Shown here in pieces: positions 60,894-64,000 of a stretch of 64,000 nucleotides of DNA. The stretch's first letter is position 1. Every line of letters begins with the position of its first letter. This DNA is from Felis catus. Its lineage: Eukaryota. The DNA lies in NCBI RefSeq assembly GCF_018350175.1, contig NC_058368.1, positions 123,010,001-123,074,000 of the forward strand, read 5' to 3'. A program made the translations under genes and the position numbers. The notes beneath the pieces were generated by a model. That model saw nothing but the letters and a program-made list of their open reading frames with translations. It ran no database searches and was not told the DNA's origin.

Positions 60894-63214
60894 CCACATA
60901 CCGACTTTGTGACCTCCTGTGAACCTCCTTTCCCTCATCTTGTAAAATGGTGATAACGACCCTTGCTTGCTTTCCAGGAATGTTGTGAAGTTCAAACAAG
61001 TTGAAGTTTAAAACTGTAAGGAGCAGCAGGTGTGGAAGGCATTTGTATTTCTTTTACATACTTGAAAGGGGCAAGGGAACATAATTTGCTTAATATTGGT
61101 TTTTCAGTATCACAGAAATGATTTATTTGACAGGTCTGCTCGGGAGCAAGGGGAAACAAACAGGATAAGAATTGCTCATTCCAGCAAGGTGGATGAGTGT
61201 GTTATTGCTTTGGTGAGTGTTGCTATAACCAGAATAAATCCGAAAACTACAGCTGACTGGTGTTCTCTGGGAATTCATCTTCAAAGAAACCAAGTTTGAT
61301 GTCCAAAAGTGATTAGAAGTGATTCAGCTCTTTACTTGAATCCCTTGGCAGACATCAACAGGGGTGCATCTCCTACTCGGTTCTTCTACATCCTCCTTTC
61401 CCCTGCCTCCTGTGTTCACATCTCTCATGCTCTAGAGCCACCCTAAGCCTTTATTTTAAACCTTCACTATTCATCTTCCATGAAACTCGTGTTGGTAAAA
61501 ACACAAAAGAAAACAAAACTGAGCCTTAGTGATCTCCATGTTTCTTCTCCTTTCATATCCTTCAGCTCTCTATTTTATGCTCTCAGTTGACTACCTATTT
61601 GCCTTTCTGATGAAATTTCTCTCCACTTCTCCATGCATTTCTCTTCTCATTTGCCAATTCGCTACCAAAAATCGGCCAGGAGCAGAACTGGAGTGCTTTG
61701 AATCTATTTTTTTGAAGTTGGGGAGGGACTGAGGTCTAGTGAAAAGCCCAGAATGAAGCAGAATTCTCTTTAGTACACTGGGGAAGGGTAAAAGGTAACA
61801 AACACTTACTAATTAATATACATGCAGTGTAAATTTCCTATAGTTTTCATCTCTCCAAAGCAATGTGGATATGAGGATGTGAAATTTGTGCAATAGACCA
61901 GACGTATAGGGAAGTTAGTTGTAGGGAGTTGCTTATGTTACACTCTTGCAAGTTTTCCCCTCATATATTTTAAGCATTTAAGTGCCTCTCTTGTGCGCTA
62001 CGTTTGTGCTAGTGACCACACCACCTATCTGCTTTCATTATTACTACTTTACTTTTGAGACCTACTCTCTGAGCAAGTTTCAAATATGCAGTATAGTATT
62101 ATTAACTATAGTCATACAATATGTTATACCCTCATGACTTACATGCTGTCCTTAAATACTGGCTTGAAGTCCTGCTTTTGGAAGAAAATGTCTACATTAA
62201 AAATACTGACTCACCCCCATGGGGCCTCATTTTGAGTTGCTTATCTCTTTGCTTGAGAGGGTTTAGCAGAAAAAGTCACTGTCTACTGCTGAGCACCACC
62301 TTGTGGATAAATAATGAGTTATGATGGCATCACTGGCGTGTTGCAACAGTGTCTGGGCCAGAATTCTTGGATTAGCTTTCTTGCTCTGCTACCTACTGGC
62401 CGTGTGACTGTGTGCAAGCTGCTTAACGCGTGTCCCAGTTTCCTCTGTAAAGAGAAATAATCTATCAACTCTGTGGTGCCTGGTATTGTAGTAAGCACAC
62501 AGAGCTATTAATCTGATGTCATTATATATAATAGTTTGAAAGCATTGTCAAATAAGGCCAGATTTCTAGATAAGGGCAATTGTAATAACCAATATCAATG
62601 CTATTACTAATAAGATAATAATGGCTAGTATTTACTGAATACCTACCAGTGGCAGATGCCAGCCTGTGTTCTTTGTGTGTGTATGTGCTGCATTCTTTAT
62701 AGTCCTCACAATACTCCTTTGTGTTGAACACTTTTATTATGCCCAGTTCATACGTGAGGGAACTGAGACTCTGAGTTAACTGCTTTGTCCAGAGTAACAC
62801 ATCTAACAAAGGCAGAGTTGAAATCCGATCCAAGTCTGGCATTAAACCTGTGATCTTAACTGTTCTAACTGCTTGTGAGAGGATTAAGCAAGGGGATTAT
62901 ATTTTTTAGGGAGAAGACACTGCGTGTGTGTGTGTGTATGTGCATATGCATATGCGTGCATGCGTTATACACAAGGGAGCAAGAGGAAGGAGAATAGTGG
63001 AAGTATGGTTGCCTTCAACCTGCTATATAGCTGTCCCTAGGGAAAGGGATACCATGTTTTTTCCAAATGATCCCAGGTGTTATAATATTTGGGGTGAATA
63101 TGTTGCTGCCCACTTATACAGAGTAATTTCCTAATAGCCAGAATCTTTTAAACATGAAATTATCTGCCCTTGGAGACAATAAAGTCTCCATTATTGGAGT
63201 TTCTTCCTTTCTTC

Positions 63215-64000
63215 TTTTTTAAATTTACATCCAAGTTAGTTAACATATAGTATAATAATGATTTCAGGAATAGAATTTAGTGATTCATCACTTACATATA
63301 ACACCCAGTGCTCATCCCAACAAGTGTCCTCCTTAATGCCCATCACCCATTTAGCCCATTCTCCCGCCCATCTCCCCTCCAGCAACCCTCAATTTGTTCT
63401 CTGTATTTAAGAGTCTCTTATGGTTTATCACCCTTCCTGTTCTTATATTATTTTTGCTTCTCTTCCTTTATGTTCATCTGTTTTGTATCTTAAATTCTTC
63501 ATATGAGTGAAGTCATATGATATTTGTCTTTCTCTGACTGACTTATTTCACATTGCACTCTAGTTCCATCCACATTGTTGCAAATGGCAAGATTTCGTTC
63601 TTTTTGATCGCCAATATTCCATTATATTTATATATATATATTATACGTATATACGTATATAACATATATATACGTATTATATATATATATATACATATAT
63701 ATATGTATATATATATATATATAATTACACCACATCTTCTTTATCCATTCATCAGTCGATGGACATTTGGGCTCTTTCCATACTTTGGCTATTGTCGATA
63801 GCAGTGCTGTAAACATTGGGGTGCTTTTGCCACTTCAAAACAGCACTCCTGTATCCTTTAAATACCTAGTAATATAATTGCTGGGTTGTAAGTTCTGTTT
63901 TTCATTTTTTGAGAAAACCTCCATACTGTTTTCCAGAGTGGCTGTACCAGTTTGCATTCCTACCAACATTGCAAAAGGGTTCCCCTTTCTCCACATCCTT
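63215..64000 (-). mobile_element. Carnivore L1 3' end, running off the window
   Basis: Minus-strand [24 protein letters not shown]; 3' UTR with a T-rich tail near 63215. Confidence 0.9.
63627..63725. repeat. Interrupted (TA)n tract inside an L1
   Basis: Direct reading. Confidence 0.92.

Noticed and set aside
39000..64000. SPINK-family (Kazal) exons expected from synteny
   Set aside because: I found no Kazal cysteine pattern or convincing exon by eye. Very short exons could have been missed; TBLASTN with SPINK proteins would settle it.

Overview
Mammalian genomic DNA, almost certainly felid: it is dense in tRNA-derived Can-SINEs of the cat SINEC_Fc type and in carnivore L1s. It holds two small, convergent, spliced genes for secreted proteins. 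SCGB3A2/UGRP1 is on + (CDS join 7848-7902, 10780-10982, 11342-11365; 93 aa; TATA and NKX2-1-type promoter). The C5orf46 orthologue is on - (CDS join 38308-38239, 32533-32398, 27615-27567; 84 aa acidic secreted peptide; probable non-coding last exon from 23529). Between them lie a processed ATP5MF/ATP5J2 pseudogene that the ORF track misses (about 15637-16470) and a near-consensus CTCF motif (17036-17049). The rest is mostly interspersed repeats (L1, Can-SINE, LTR relics, MER44, MER53, CR1/L3) and microsatellites. The most unusual items are a tail-less internal L1 ORF2 fragment with a perfect 18-bp TSD just inside C5orf46 intron 1, a 148-codon open frame running in frame into the C5orf46 start codon across a duplicated TATA box, in-frame tandem splice acceptors within the DDKP repeat, a SINE head split by a ~160-bp foreign insert, and a twin-primed inverted L1. 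I see no clear-cut new multi-gene system. Family names come from recognition by eye with no database search, and repeat boundaries are approximate.
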